A DNA stretch of 50,871 nucleotides from Patescibacteria group bacterium. GTDB lineage: Bacteria; Patescibacteriota; CPR2; UBA1875; CAIMLA01. The translations under genes were made by a program, and so were the position numbers. The DNA lies in contig JAQUMB010000002.1 in assembly GCA_028718325.1 (NCBI GenBank), positions 1 through 50,871 of the forward strand, given 5' to 3'. Below the pieces are notes generated by a model that was not told the DNA's origin, did no database searches, and worked only from the letters and a program-made list of their open reading frames with translations. This document shows, piece by piece, positions 10,546-20,316 of this stretch. Positions within the stretch are counted from its first letter, which is position 1. Every line of letters starts with the position of its first letter.

Positions 10546-11229
10546 ATGAAATTTATTATTATCACGTTATTTCCAGAAATGTTTGAAGGTTTTTTGTCTT
10601 GTAGTATTTTAAAGAGAGCACAAGAAAAAGGACACATTGAAGTTGAATTTATAAATTTGAGAGATTTTGGTCTTGGGAAAAGAAAACAAGTTGATGACAC
10701 GCCATATGGTGGTGGAGCTGGCATGGTTTTGAGGGTTGATGTGGTGGCCAAAGCAATTGAATCTGCTAAGAGTATCTATCCTAACGCTAAAACGATCTTG
10801 CTAACGCCTCAAGGAGAGACGTTTGATCAACAATTAGCGGGAAAGTTGACCAAAGAAAAAGGGCTAATTTTAATTTGTGGTCATTATGAGGGATTTGATG
10901 AAAGAATAAGAGCACTAGTTGACCAAGAATTATCAATAGGACAGTATATATTAACTGGTGGAGAGCTAGCAGCTGGGGTTGTTATCGATACTGTTGCGAG
11001 ATTAATCCCTGGTACTTTAGGCAAAGTGGAATCAATAGGTGAAGAAACTTATATGTGTAAGGGCCAGATTGAGTATCCTCAATACACCAAACCCGAGGAA
11101 TGGAAGGGACAAAAAGTTCCCGATGTTTTACTTTCCGGTCACCATCAAAAAATTAGTGAATGGCGTAAAGCGCAGTCAGATCTAAAAACAAAAAAAACGA
11201 AAAAAATAAAATTAGTAGATGGACATTAA
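10546..11229 (+). CDS. trmD: tRNA (guanine37-N1)-methyltransferase
   Basis: MKFIIITLFPEMFEGF, DDTPYGGGAGMVL and ICGHYEGFDERI. The start is placed at the ATG downstream of the hairpin. Confidence 0.93.
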   Translation: MKFIIITLFPEMFEGFLSCSILKRAQEKGHIEVEFINLRDFGLGKRKQVDDTPYGGGAGMVLRVDVVAKAIESAKSIYPNAKTILLTPQGETFDQQLAGKLTKEKGLILICGHYEGFDERIRALVDQELSIGQYILTGGELAAGVVIDTVARLIPGTLGKVESIGEETYMCKGQIEYPQYTKPEEWKGQKVPDVLLSGHHQKISEWRKAQSDLKTKKTKKIKLVDGH

Positions 11230-11268
11230 ATTTTTTGTTATTATATGTAGGTAATGTAGGAGCTTCCG

Positions 11269-11457
11269 GTGTCTAAATTTCATGTGAATAAAGAAGTTTG
11301 TATAGGTTGCGGTACTTGTATTAGTACCTGTCCAGAATGTTTTGAATTTGATGAGGAGGGAAAATCACAAGTGAAAACTGAAGAAACTGAATGCAATTGT
11401 GATGCCCATGAAATTATTGATGATTGTCCGGTTAGAGCTATTTCATTGGAGGGATAA
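11269..11457 (+). CDS. Small single-cluster 4Fe-4S ferredoxin
   Basis: CIGCGTCISTCP plus a distal C...CP. 62 aa with a GTG start preceded by TAGGAG. Confidence 0.75.
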   Translation: MSKFHVNKEVCIGCGTCISTCPECFEFDEEGKSQVKTEETECNCDAHEIIDDCPVRAISLEG

Positions 11458-12092
11458 TGGATGATAGACTTTGGAAGGTAATAACAATTGTCCTAGGGGC
11501 GATAGTTTTTGTTTGCTTAATCCTGATTATTATTTTTGGAGTTCGTTTATCAAACAATACGAAAATAATAGAAAAACAAACCTTAATTCGGCTAGCTGCA
11601 CAGGAGAAAAAGCTTAAGGACGACTTTCAAAAAGAAAAAGAAACGGAAGATTTTCAATACACAGCTGATCCAGAATTTGGCTCTTTTCAGTTCTCTTACC
11701 CAAAGGTTTGGTCGACAAACATTACAAAAGAACTAGGAGCAAAGGAAGAATTTATTTTTTTAGCTGATCCTAGCCTAATCAATATTGATAACAAGGGTTT
11801 AGGAATGTCGGTACCGGTTGCCTTGAGAGTCACGTTGTATACTGAAAAATATGAAGATATGGTGATTAAACTTGAAAAAGATAACAAGAAAAAAACTATG
11901 ACTGAGACAGATGTCGAGGTATCAGGGTTACCAGGGAAAAAGTTTAAAGGGATCCCACCAAAAGCAAAATTAGAGATAACGTATACTGTTGTCAAATTTC
12001 GAGATAAAACACTTTATATTGGCACTGATGACAGCGCTAAATACGAAGACCAATATAATAAAATATTATCTTCTTTTTACTTAAATCGATAA
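11457..12092 (+). CDS. Hypothetical membrane-anchored protein
   Basis: One N-terminal TM helix (VITIVLGAIVFVCLILIIIFGV). TAATG overlap with the ferredoxin gene. I recognised no motif. Confidence 0.55.
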   Translation: MDDRLWKVITIVLGAIVFVCLILIIIFGVRLSNNTKIIEKQTLIRLAAQEKKLKDDFQKEKETEDFQYTADPEFGSFQFSYPKVWSTNITKELGAKEEFIFLADPSLINIDNKGLGMSVPVALRVTLYTEKYEDMVIKLEKDNKKKTMTETDVEVSGLPGKKFKGIPPKAKLEITYTVVKFRDKTLYIGTDDSAKYEDQYNKILSSFYLNR

Positions 12093-12142
12093 GATTCTGA
12101 ATAGGTTGAATATAAATGGAGGGGATCCTCTAAAGGTTTGTT

Positions 12143-14212
12143 ATGGAAAAAAATAAATTTGTTTTAAGAGCGAATTATAGTCCTCAGGGCGATCAGCCTG
12201 AGGCCATAAAAAAGCTAAAATCAGGACTTGATAAAGGGTTGGACCATCAAACGTTGTTGGGGGTTACTGGGTCTGGCAAAACTTTTACGATGGCCAAAAT
12301 AATTGAGTACTCCCAAAAGCCTACCTTGGTCATATCTCATAACAAAACACTTGCCGCCCAACTGTATGATGAATTTAAGGGGTACTTCCCTGACAACGCT
12401 GTAAACTATTTTGTCAGTTATTATGATTATTATCAGCCAGAAGCCTATGTTCCTCGCACAGACACATATATCGAAAAGGACGCTTCTGTAAACGAGGAAA
12501 TCGATCGACTGCGAAATGCCGCAACTAGTGCTCTGTTATCACGAAGTGACACCTTAATTATTGCAAGTGTTTCCTGCATCTATGGTTTAGGTGAGCCTGA
12601 GATATATGAAAATATGTCTGTGGAATTAAGCGTTGGGGAAGAGAGAAAAAGAGACAAAATTTTACGCCATTTGACTGATATTCAATATGATCGAAATGAT
12701 AAGGGCTTCGAAAGAGGAAAAATTCGTGTTAGAGGCGATGTCTTGGATATATTTCCTTCGTATGAAGAGAATGCAGTTCGTTTGGAATTTTTTGGTGACA
12801 AAATTGACAAAATAAAAATAATTAATCCTTTGACAGGGGAAATAACCAGGACATTGAAAACAATTACAATTTTCCCAGCCAAACATTTTGTAACTCCCAA
12901 AGAAAGGCTCAAAGAAGCGATCTCGGAAATAAAAGAAGAGTTGGAAATGAGTGTCAGCGATTTCAAAAGAGTAGGAAAGCATTTAGAGGCAGAAAGACTG
13001 GAACAAAGAACCAACTATGACATGGAAATGCTAGAAGAAATAGGCTACTGTTCAGGTGTCGAGAATTATTCACGATATTTATCAAATCGTCGTCCAGGAG
13101 AACAGCCGGCGACTTTAATTGATTATTTTCCGGATGACTTCTTGGTCTTGATAGATGAGTCACATATGACAATTCCTCAAATTCGTGGTATGTACCGAGG
13201 GGATAGGTCTCGTAAAGAAACATTGGTTAACTACGGATTTCGACTACCAAGTGCCTTAGATAATCGACCGTTGAGATTTCACGAATTTGAGGAACATATT
13301 AAACAGGCGATTTATGTTTCGGCAACACCGGGCGAGTATGAGTTATCAAATAGTACCAAAGGACTTATTACATCATCGTCTCAGTACTATGAAGAAAGAA
13401 GACGTGGGCTTGATTTCCCTGGCGTCTCAGAGCAGGTAATACGTCCTACAGGACTGGTTGATCCCAAAGTAGAGATTTGCCAGACAGAAGGACAAATAGA
13501 TAATCTAATAGAGCAAATTAGGTTAACTACTAAAAAGAAACAACGTGTTTTAGTCACCACCCTGACCAAAAGGATGGCCGAGGAATTAGCCCAATATCTG
13601 TCAGAATTGGACATTCGAGTAAAATACCTTCATTCAGAAATCCATACATTAGAACGGCCGGAGATTTTAAGAGAATTAAGGTTGGGGCTCTATGATGTAC
13701 TAGTCGGAATTAATCTTTTGAGAGAAGGGATTGACTTGCCAGAGGTATCATTGGTAGCGATTTTGGATGCTGACAAAGAAGGGTTTTTAAGAAGTGAACA
13801 AGCCTTGATCCAAACCATTGGTCGTGCTGCTCGGCATGTTGAAGGTAGAGTTATTATGTATGCAGATAATACTACAGATTCAATGAAAAGGGCGATCTCT
13901 GAAACAGAAAGGAGAAGGACAATCCAAACTCATTACAATGAGAAACACGGGATAACCCCTACAACGATTAAGAAGAAAATTGCTGAATCGATGAGGGCTA
14001 AAATCGAAAATGATAAAGAAGAACATGGATTTGATATATCTCAGATACCAAAGGATGAGGTAGAAAGATTGATAAGGGAATTAGAAAGAAAAATGGACTT
14101 ATCAGCAAAAAACTTTGAGTTTGAGAAAGCTGCCGGATTTCGTGATCAAATTAAAGAAATTCGAGCAGAGATTGAGCAAAAAAACTTTAAAAATAAATTA
14201 AAGAAATCGTAA
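12143..14212 (+). CDS. uvrB: Excinuclease ABC subunit B
   Basis: [12 protein letters not shown], the [10 protein letters not shown] beta-hairpin region, helicase motifs and a C-terminal UVR domain ([16 protein letters not shown]). Confidence 0.97.
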   Translation: MEKNKFVLRANYSPQGDQPEAIKKLKSGLDKGLDHQTLLGVTGSGKTFTMAKIIEYSQKPTLVISHNKTLAAQLYDEFKGYFPDNAVNYFVSYYDYYQPEAYVPRTDTYIEKDASVNEEIDRLRNAATSALLSRSDTLIIASVSCIYGLGEPEIYENMSVELSVGEERKRDKILRHLTDIQYDRNDKGFERGKIRVRGDVLDIFPSYEENAVRLEFFGDKIDKIKIINPLTGEITRTLKTITIFPAKHFVTPKERLKEAISEIKEELEMSVSDFKRVGKHLEAERLEQRTNYDMEMLEEIGYCSGVENYSRYLSNRRPGEQPATLIDYFPDDFLVLIDESHMTIPQIRGMYRGDRSRKETLVNYGFRLPSALDNRPLRFHEFEEHIKQAIYVSATPGEYELSNSTKGLITSSSQYYEERRRGLDFPGVSEQVIRPTGLVDPKVEICQTEGQIDNLIEQIRLTTKKKQRVLVTTLTKRMAEELAQYLSELDIRVKYLHSEIHTLERPEILRELRLGLYDVLVGINLLREGIDLPEVSLVAILDADKEGFLRSEQALIQTIGRAARHVEGRVIMYADNTTDSMKRAISETERRRTIQTHYNEKHGITPTTIKKKIAESMRAKIENDKEEHGFDISQIPKDEVERLIRELERKMDLSAKNFEFEKAAGFRDQIKEIRAEIEQKNFKNKLKKS

Positions 14213-14226
14213 ATTTTGAGATAGAG

Positions 14227-14259
14227 AACTGCCAGGATCAAGTAGATCAACTGGCAGTT
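14227..14259. terminator. Hairpin between the convergent uvrB and GC-rich orphan genes (candidate bidirectional terminator)
   Basis: AACTGCCAG...CTGGCAGTT (9 bp) with an inner GATC/GATC pairing. It overlaps the orphan gene's stop codon. The flanking T-tracts are weak. Confidence 0.4.
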
Positions 14260-14698
14260 AGGGTTTGGTTTGTTTGGTTGCTACCTCGATGATAGCGACG
14301 ATTGTTTTACCGTTTTTGATAAGACGTAAAGCGCCACCGATAGGCTCAAGAAGAGCTTTAGCTATCTGTAAACCTCGGTGGTGACAGAGGAGGTCGTCAT
14401 CTGGTTCATCTTCACCTCTGGAGCTATCGAAGTCACGATTACTGGGGAATCTTGAGTTTGCAACTTCGATCACCAGCTTCTTATGATCGTGCTTGATGGT
14501 TCCAGTGACATTGCTGCCGTGAAGAATGCCGTTGCTGGTAGTCTCAGAGACTGCGACCACAAGGTCACAAACTTCATTGTGGCTGAGGGCCTTTGGGGCC
14601 TCTTTTCTTGCCGCATCTCTCAGGACGCCGATTGGACTTGCTCCGTTGTCATTTAGATCGGGGAGCTCATCGAGCCTCTCTTCCCAGACAGTTAGCAT
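14258..14698 (-). CDS. Orphan RsbW/SpoIIAB-like HATPase_c (anti-sigma-factor-type Ser kinase fold) protein with GC-rich foreign composition
   Basis: N-box-like VAVSETTSNGILHG, LVIEVANS and G-box-like HHRGLQIAKALLEPIGG. A strong GGGAGGTGA Shine-Dalgarno sequence lies upstream. C/G-ending codons dominate, unlike the neighbouring genes. Confidence 0.6.
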   Translation of the reverse strand: MLTVWEERLDELPDLNDNGASPIGVLRDAARKEAPKALSHNEVCDLVVAVSETTSNGILHGSNVTGTIKHDHKKLVIEVANSRFPSNRDFDSSRGEDEPDDDLLCHHRGLQIAKALLEPIGGALRLIKNGKTIVAIIEVATKQTKP

Positions 14699-14775
14699 TT
14701 TTCACCTCCCACGTTGTCAATGTCCAAACCCATATATATTGTCTCTCAATAATTTTTTTTGTCAAATCTAAACCC

Positions 14776-14804
14776 TTGAAAAAACTTGACAAAAAGCGTA
14801 CAAT
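14776..14804 (+). promoter_or_regulatory. Sigma70-type promoter for uvrA
   Basis: TTGAAA (14776-14781), 17 nt, TACAAT (14799-14804). A GAGG Shine-Dalgarno sequence precedes the ATG at 14837. Confidence 0.5.
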
Positions 14805-14836
14805 GGTGAAGTTTCTGAGGCTAATCTGAGGTAAAA

Positions 14837-17650
14837 ATGAGCGATAACATCATTATAAATGGTGCACGTGAGCACAATTTAAAAAATATTAATGTCACCA
14901 TCCCACGTGACAAGTTGGTTGTAATTACCGGCTTATCTGGTTCTGGCAAATCGTCTTTGGCTTTTGACACAATCTATGCTGAAGGTCAGAGACGATATGT
15001 GGAGAGCTTATCAAGCTACGCTCGTCAGTTCTTAGGCTTGATGGAAAAACCGGATGTAGACCAAATAGAGGGTCTTTCTCCGGCCATTTCGATTGACCAA
15101 AAATCAACAACTAAAAATCCTCGATCTACCGTGGGGACAGTTACAGAAATATACGATTATCTCAGATTACTTTATGCGAGGATTGGTATTCCGCATTGTC
15201 CAATTTGCGGCAGAGAAATTACCAAGCAAACTATTCCACAAATAGTAGAACAAATCTTAGAGAAGCCAAAAGAAACGAAGTTTATGATACTCGCTCCGAT
15301 CATCAAGGACAAAAAAGGGGTTCACAAGTATGTTTTTGAGGGATTAAAAAAGGCTGGCTATGTAAGAGTTCGAATTGATGGAAAAATCTATGATATAGAC
15401 GAAGAAATTACTCTAGATCGGAATAAAAAACATAGTATTGAAGCGGTTGTTGATCGCCTGATTGTCGACAGTGAGATAAGGAAGAGACTAACGGAATCTG
15501 TCGAAACGGCAATTAATCTTGGTGAAGGCATGATTATTTATCTTGATAACGAAACTGGTAAAGAAGAAATTTTTTCACAAAATTTCGCCTGTCCGAACTG
15601 CCACATCAATTTACCGGAAATATCACCGAGAAGTTTTTCTTTTAACAGTCCGCATGGGGCTTGTCCGCTTTGTACAGGGTTAGGGACCCGTTTGGAAATT
15701 GATCCAAGTTTAGTTATTCCGAACACTAAATTAAGCATTGCCGAGGGAGCAATACGATACTGGAACAGAACGACTGATAAATTGAATTGGTATACCAAGC
15801 TTTTGAAAGAAGTTGGGAAGAAATATGATTTTACAGTTGACCAACCCATATCAACAATTTCAAAAAAGGCTTTTGAACTTATTATGTATGGTACAAATGA
15901 TGAAATATTTTCTTTTCAGCTAGGAACTCGAATTTATGAATCAACCTATGAGGGGGTAGTTGCAAACCTGGAGAGACGTTATCACGAAACAGACTCAGAT
16001 TATATTAGGACAGAGATAAGAAAATACATGACTGAAAGAACCTGCCCAAAATGTCACGGCAAGAGGTTAAAACCAGAATTTTTGGCAGTAACCATAGGCA
16101 AAACTTCTATAGTTGATGTTACTAATTTGTCGATTGATGACTGTTTGATCTTTTTCCAGAAAATCTCCTTATCAGAAAAAGACCAAAAAATTGCCAAACA
16201 AATCTTGAAAGAAATAAAGGAGCGCTTAACCTTTTTGTTGAATGTTGGGTTAGAATATCTTACCCTTGATCGAACGGCGAGCACTTTATCCGGTGGAGAA
16301 GCACAGAGAATTAGGCTGGCAACGCAGATTGGGTCATCTCTAATGGGAGTAATCTATATTCTGGACGAACCCTCAATTGGTCTACACCAACGAGATAATT
16401 ATCGTTTGATAAACACCTTAAAGAACTTAAGAGATCTAGGGAATACAGTAATAGTTGTTGAACATGATAAAGATACGATGGAAGAAGCAGACTGGCTGAT
16501 AGACGTAGGACCCGGAGCTGGGGAAAAAGGCGGCGAAATTGTTGCCGAAGGAACACCGGCACAGGTTAAGAGTAATCCCTTGTCTCTCACGGGACAATAT
16601 TTAAGTAATAAAAAACAAATTAATTGTCCAAAAAAGAGGCGACCAGGCAATGGTCAAAATATCACAATTGTTGGGGCAGAAGAAAATAATTTGAAGAAAA
16701 TAAATGTTTCAATACCATTGGGTAAGTTAACTTTAGTCACGGGAGTTTCGGGATCAGGCAAGTCCAGTTTAATTAACGATATTTTAGCAAAGAAGTTGTC
16801 GCAAGTCTTCCACCGATCCCAAGAAAAAGCAGGTGAACATAAAGAGATCACCGGCTTAAAGAATCTAGATAAAGTGATAGATATTGACCAATCACCTATT
16901 GGGCGAACTCCCAGGTCGAACCCGGCGACTTATACAAAAGTTTTTGATGATATTAGGGAGCTTTTTTCGACAGTGCCAGAAGCTAGGATTAGGGGCTACA
17001 AAAAAGGACGTTTCAGCTTTAATGCCAAGGGTGGTGGTCGATGCGAGGTTTGTCGAGGCGAAGGGATCTTAAAAATTGAAATGCATTTTTTGCCTGATGT
17101 TTATATTACATGTGAAGAATGTGGGGGGAAGAGGTACAACAAAGAAGCACTCGAAATACATTATAAAGGAAAAAACATCTCGGATGTTCTAGATATGACA
17201 GTAGGGGAAGCTCATGGATTCTTTCAAAATATTCCCCAAATCAAGAGGAAATTAGAAACTCTGGTTGAAGTGGGTTTAGGATACATCAGACTTGGCCAAT
17301 CAGCTACCACGCTCTCTGGTGGTGAAGCACAGAGAGTAAAATTAGCAAGTGAACTTTCCAGACGGTCAACAGGCAAAACTTTATATATATTAGATGAGCC
17401 TACGACCGGCTTGCATTTTGATGATGTTAACCGTTTGATGTTTGTCCTTAATAAATTAGTCGACCTGGGTAATACAGTTTTGGTAATTGAGCATAATTTA
17501 GAAGTTATCAAGTGTGCTGATTGGATTATCGATCTTGGTCCTGATGGCGGGAATAAGGGCGGTGAAATAGTCGCAACGGGAACGCCAGAGCAAATATCTC
17601 AAAATAAAAAATCTTATACCGGACAATATCTTTCTAAAATATTGAGTTAA
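14837..17650 (+). CDS. uvrA: Excinuclease ABC subunit A
   Basis: Two ABC modules ([14 protein letters not shown] and [13 protein letters not shown]), zinc-finger Cys pairs and two LSGGEAQR signatures. Confidence 0.98.
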   Translation: MSDNIIINGAREHNLKNINVTIPRDKLVVITGLSGSGKSSLAFDTIYAEGQRRYVESLSSYARQFLGLMEKPDVDQIEGLSPAISIDQKSTTKNPRSTVGTVTEIYDYLRLLYARIGIPHCPICGREITKQTIPQIVEQILEKPKETKFMILAPIIKDKKGVHKYVFEGLKKAGYVRVRIDGKIYDIDEEITLDRNKKHSIEAVVDRLIVDSEIRKRLTESVETAINLGEGMIIYLDNETGKEEIFSQNFACPNCHINLPEISPRSFSFNSPHGACPLCTGLGTRLEIDPSLVIPNTKLSIAEGAIRYWNRTTDKLNWYTKLLKEVGKKYDFTVDQPISTISKKAFELIMYGTNDEIFSFQLGTRIYESTYEGVVANLERRYHETDSDYIRTEIRKYMTERTCPKCHGKRLKPEFLAVTIGKTSIVDVTNLSIDDCLIFFQKISLSEKDQKIAKQILKEIKERLTFLLNVGLEYLTLDRTASTLSGGEAQRIRLATQIGSSLMGVIYILDEPSIGLHQRDNYRLINTLKNLRDLGNTVIVVEHDKDTMEEADWLIDVGPGAGEKGGEIVAEGTPAQVKSNPLSLTGQYLSNKKQINCPKKRRPGNGQNITIVGAEENNLKKINVSIPLGKLTLVTGVSGSGKSSLINDILAKKLSQVFHRSQEKAGEHKEITGLKNLDKVIDIDQSPIGRTPRSNPATYTKVFDDIRELFSTVPEARIRGYKKGRFSFNAKGGGRCEVCRGEGILKIEMHFLPDVYITCEECGGKRYNKEALEIHYKGKNISDVLDMTVGEAHGFFQNIPQIKRKLETLVEVGLGYIRLGQSATTLSGGEAQRVKLASELSRRSTGKTLYILDEPTTGLHFDDVNRLMFVLNKLVDLGNTVLVIEHNLEVIKCADWIIDLGPDGGNKGGEIVATGTPEQISQNKKSYTGQYLSKILS

Positions 17651-17654
17651 CAAA

Positions 17655-19088
17655 GTGGAAATATTGAACAAAAATATTGTTCAAAAAATTAGAAACCTAC
17701 CGAAAGATCCAGGTGTTTATATTTACCGCGATATTAATCGACGAGTTATTTATGTTGGTAAAGCCATAAATCTGAAGAACAGAGTAAATACTTATTTTAA
17801 AGGGAAAAATCTAGATCCAAAGACTGCTAAGTTGGTGGAGAATATTGATAACCTCGAATATATTGTTTGCGGTTCAGAGATCGAAGCTCTTCTGCTTGAA
17901 TCAGAATTGATAAAACGCTATAAGCCGAAATACAACATTGACTGGAAAGATGATAAAAACTACTGCTACATAAAGATAACAAAGGATGACTATCCAAAAA
18001 TATTTGTTATGCGACAATTAAGCGATACCAAAAGCCAATATTTTGGACCGTTTGTTGATGTTAAAGCCGTCAAAAATTCTTTAAAAGTTTTAAGAAAAAT
18101 TTTCCCGTATTGTACCTGTGGATTGTCTCCTGACAAGGTTTGCTTGTACTATCATTTGGGGCTTTGCAATGGCCACGGCCAAAAATACATTAGCTCGCTC
18201 GAATATCAGAAGACAGTAAATAATTTAATAGCTTTTTTGAGTGGAAAAAAAGAAAAAATAATGAAAGACATGCGAAAAGAAATGCTGAATCTTTCCCGCC
18301 AACAAGAATACGAAAAAGCAGCGGTGATGAGGAACAGACTATTATCTCTTGATAAAATAAAGCTAATGCACATTTTAGAAAGCCAGCGTGATTTGAATTT
18401 GGATAAAGCACTGTCGGGTATAAAAAAAATGTTAGGATTATCCAAAATTCCGGAAAGAATTGAATGCTACGATATCTCAAATATTTCAGGAAAATTTGCT
18501 GTGGGTTCCATGATTGTTTTTGAAAAAGGGGTTCCTAAAAAAAAGGATTATCGGAGATTTGAAATAAAAAATGTCAAACAAATTAATGATTTTGCCATGC
18601 TCCAAGAAGTCTTGCATCGTAGGTTTATTGCAAATAGAAAAGGAAATGATCAATCATTCAAAAGTACCCCTGATCTGATAATAATCGATGGTGGAAAGGG
18701 CCAACTTTCGGCAGTCAAAAAAGAGCTTAAAACGATGGGTATCGCTGTTATTACTATTGGACTTGCCAAGAAAAAGGAAGAAATTTTCTATTTAGATCAA
18801 AAAGACCATTTTTACAAGATAGAAACAACTAAAGATACTGAAGTTCGTTTTCTATTGCAGAGAATTCGAGATGAGGCCCATAGGTTCGCCATTACTTATC
18901 ATCGAAACCTAAGGTCAAAAGTGTTAACAGAATCAGTCCTAGACACAATTGTCGGTATCGGGCCGATTTCTAAACGCCTTTTGGTAAAAAACTTTGGTAC
19001 AATAAAAAATATCAAAGAAGCAAAGGAAGAGGATATTGCCAAAATAGTTGGTCCTAAAATTGCTGCTAAAATTAAAAAAGAATTATGA
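17655..19088 (+). CDS. uvrC: Excinuclease ABC subunit C (compact, 477 aa)
   Basis: GIY-YIG (GVYIYRD...IYVGKAINLKNRV), UVR motif (QQEYEKAAVMRNRLLSL), RIECYDISN endonuclease domain and a C-terminal HhH. GTG start. Confidence 0.92.
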   Translation: MEILNKNIVQKIRNLPKDPGVYIYRDINRRVIYVGKAINLKNRVNTYFKGKNLDPKTAKLVENIDNLEYIVCGSEIEALLLESELIKRYKPKYNIDWKDDKNYCYIKITKDDYPKIFVMRQLSDTKSQYFGPFVDVKAVKNSLKVLRKIFPYCTCGLSPDKVCLYYHLGLCNGHGQKYISSLEYQKTVNNLIAFLSGKKEKIMKDMRKEMLNLSRQQEYEKAAVMRNRLLSLDKIKLMHILESQRDLNLDKALSGIKKMLGLSKIPERIECYDISNISGKFAVGSMIVFEKGVPKKKDYRRFEIKNVKQINDFAMLQEVLHRRFIANRKGNDQSFKSTPDLIIIDGGKGQLSAVKKELKTMGIAVITIGLAKKKEEIFYLDQKDHFYKIETTKDTEVRFLLQRIRDEAHRFAITYHRNLRSKVLTESVLDTIVGIGPISKRLLVKNFGTIKNIKEAKEEDIAKIVGPKIAAKIKKEL

Positions 19089-20029
19089 AAAAAATTGTAG
19101 TTATTGGCGGAGGAACTGGTTTATCAACACTTCTTAGGTCGATTAGAGACTATCCAATTGAAATTACCGCAATTGTTACCATGGTTGATGATGGGAAAAG
19201 TACTGGTCAGCTCCGTCGAGAATTTGACATTTTGCCCCCAGGGGATATTCGCAAGTGTATAGCTGCGCTATCTGATAATGAAGATTTGCTATTGGAACTC
19301 TTTCAGTATCGTTTTAACAAAGGGATGGGGTTAAAGGGTCACTCATTGGGGAATTTATTTATAAGTGCTGCTCAAGACATCTGTGGTGATTTTGAGTCAG
19401 CTATAGAGGGAATCTGTGGAACGTTATCAATAAGAGGTCGAATACTGCCATCAACTTTAGAGCAAGTTCATTTGCATGCAATATTTGATAACAAGAAAGT
19501 AATTCGAGGAGAATCAAAAATTACTAAATATGGTTACAGTCACAGAATAGAAAAGGTATATTTAAGTAAGAAAAAAGCTCTAGCAAACAAAAAGACCTTG
19601 GAAGCCATCGATGAAGCAGACTACATATTTGTTGGACCGGGCAGCCTTTATACTAGTGTTATCACTAACTTCTTATTAACAAGTATTCTAACGCATTATC
19701 AAAAAAGCAAAGCGGTCAAAATTTATATTTGCAACGTTTCTACAGAACGCGGTGAAACAGATAAATTTACCTTATGTGAGCACATAGATACGTTGAAAAA
19801 ATACGGCCTCAATTTTGATATAGTTTTAGCGAATAGCAAAAAATTTAGAAAGGGTTGTGGAGATGGTTTTGTCAATCCAGTAATCATTGATCAAATGGAA
19901 AATATTAAACATCAACCCGTTTTGGTAGCCAAAGACTTGATTAACCCTAGAATCCCGCTCTATCACGATATAGACAAAATTGGAAAAGAAGTTTGGTCAA
20001 TAATATTGAAGAATAAAAAAAGGAAGTAA
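19085..20029 (+). CDS. yvcK: YvcK/CofD-family (UPF0052, gluconeogenesis factor-like) protein
   Basis: VVIGGGTGLSTLLRS, MVDDGKSTG and GDIRKC. ATGA overlap with uvrC. Confidence 0.85.
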   Translation: MKKIVVIGGGTGLSTLLRSIRDYPIEITAIVTMVDDGKSTGQLRREFDILPPGDIRKCIAALSDNEDLLLELFQYRFNKGMGLKGHSLGNLFISAAQDICGDFESAIEGICGTLSIRGRILPSTLEQVHLHAIFDNKKVIRGESKITKYGYSHRIEKVYLSKKKALANKKTLEAIDEADYIFVGPGSLYTSVITNFLLTSILTHYQKSKAVKIYICNVSTERGETDKFTLCEHIDTLKKYGLNFDIVLANSKKFRKGCGDGFVNPVIIDQMENIKHQPVLVAKDLINPRIPLYHDIDKIGKEVWSIILKNKKRK

Positions 20030-20097
20030 GATAATCTTTATTTAATGTTTGTTTTATGCTAAAGTTATCTATGATTTAATGAAAAGATAAAGAAGAA

Positions 20098-20316
20098 ATG
20101 CAAAAAATATTAATAATTATATTATTGGTCGACTCGGTGTTACTAATTGCTTCAATCCTTTTACAACAAAAGGGGACAGGACTTTCTGGAGTTTTTGGAG
20201 GTTCAAGCACCTCGTATCTAACGAGAAGAGGTGCAGAAAAATTCCTAGTAATATTTACAGTTTTTGCTGGTGCTGTGTTTGTGATATCGGCGTTTTTGAT
20301 GTTATTTCTTAAATAA
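20098..20316 (+). CDS. secG: Preprotein translocase subunit SecG
   Basis: 72 aa with two TM segments and LLQQKGTGLSGVFGG. Confidence 0.85.
   Translation: MQKILIIILLVDSVLLIASILLQQKGTGLSGVFGGSSTSYLTRRGAEKFLVIFTVFAGAVFVISAFLMLFLK

Noticed and set aside
14526-14829. Plus-strand ORFs 14526-14771 and 14593-14829 opposite the GC-rich HATPase-like gene
   Set aside because: Their S/L/R-rich translations are typical of wrong-frame or antisense reading of GC-rich DNA. They run through the uvrA promoter and have no Shine-Dalgarno sequence. The minus-strand frame has recognisable HATPase motifs and a strong Shine-Dalgarno sequence.
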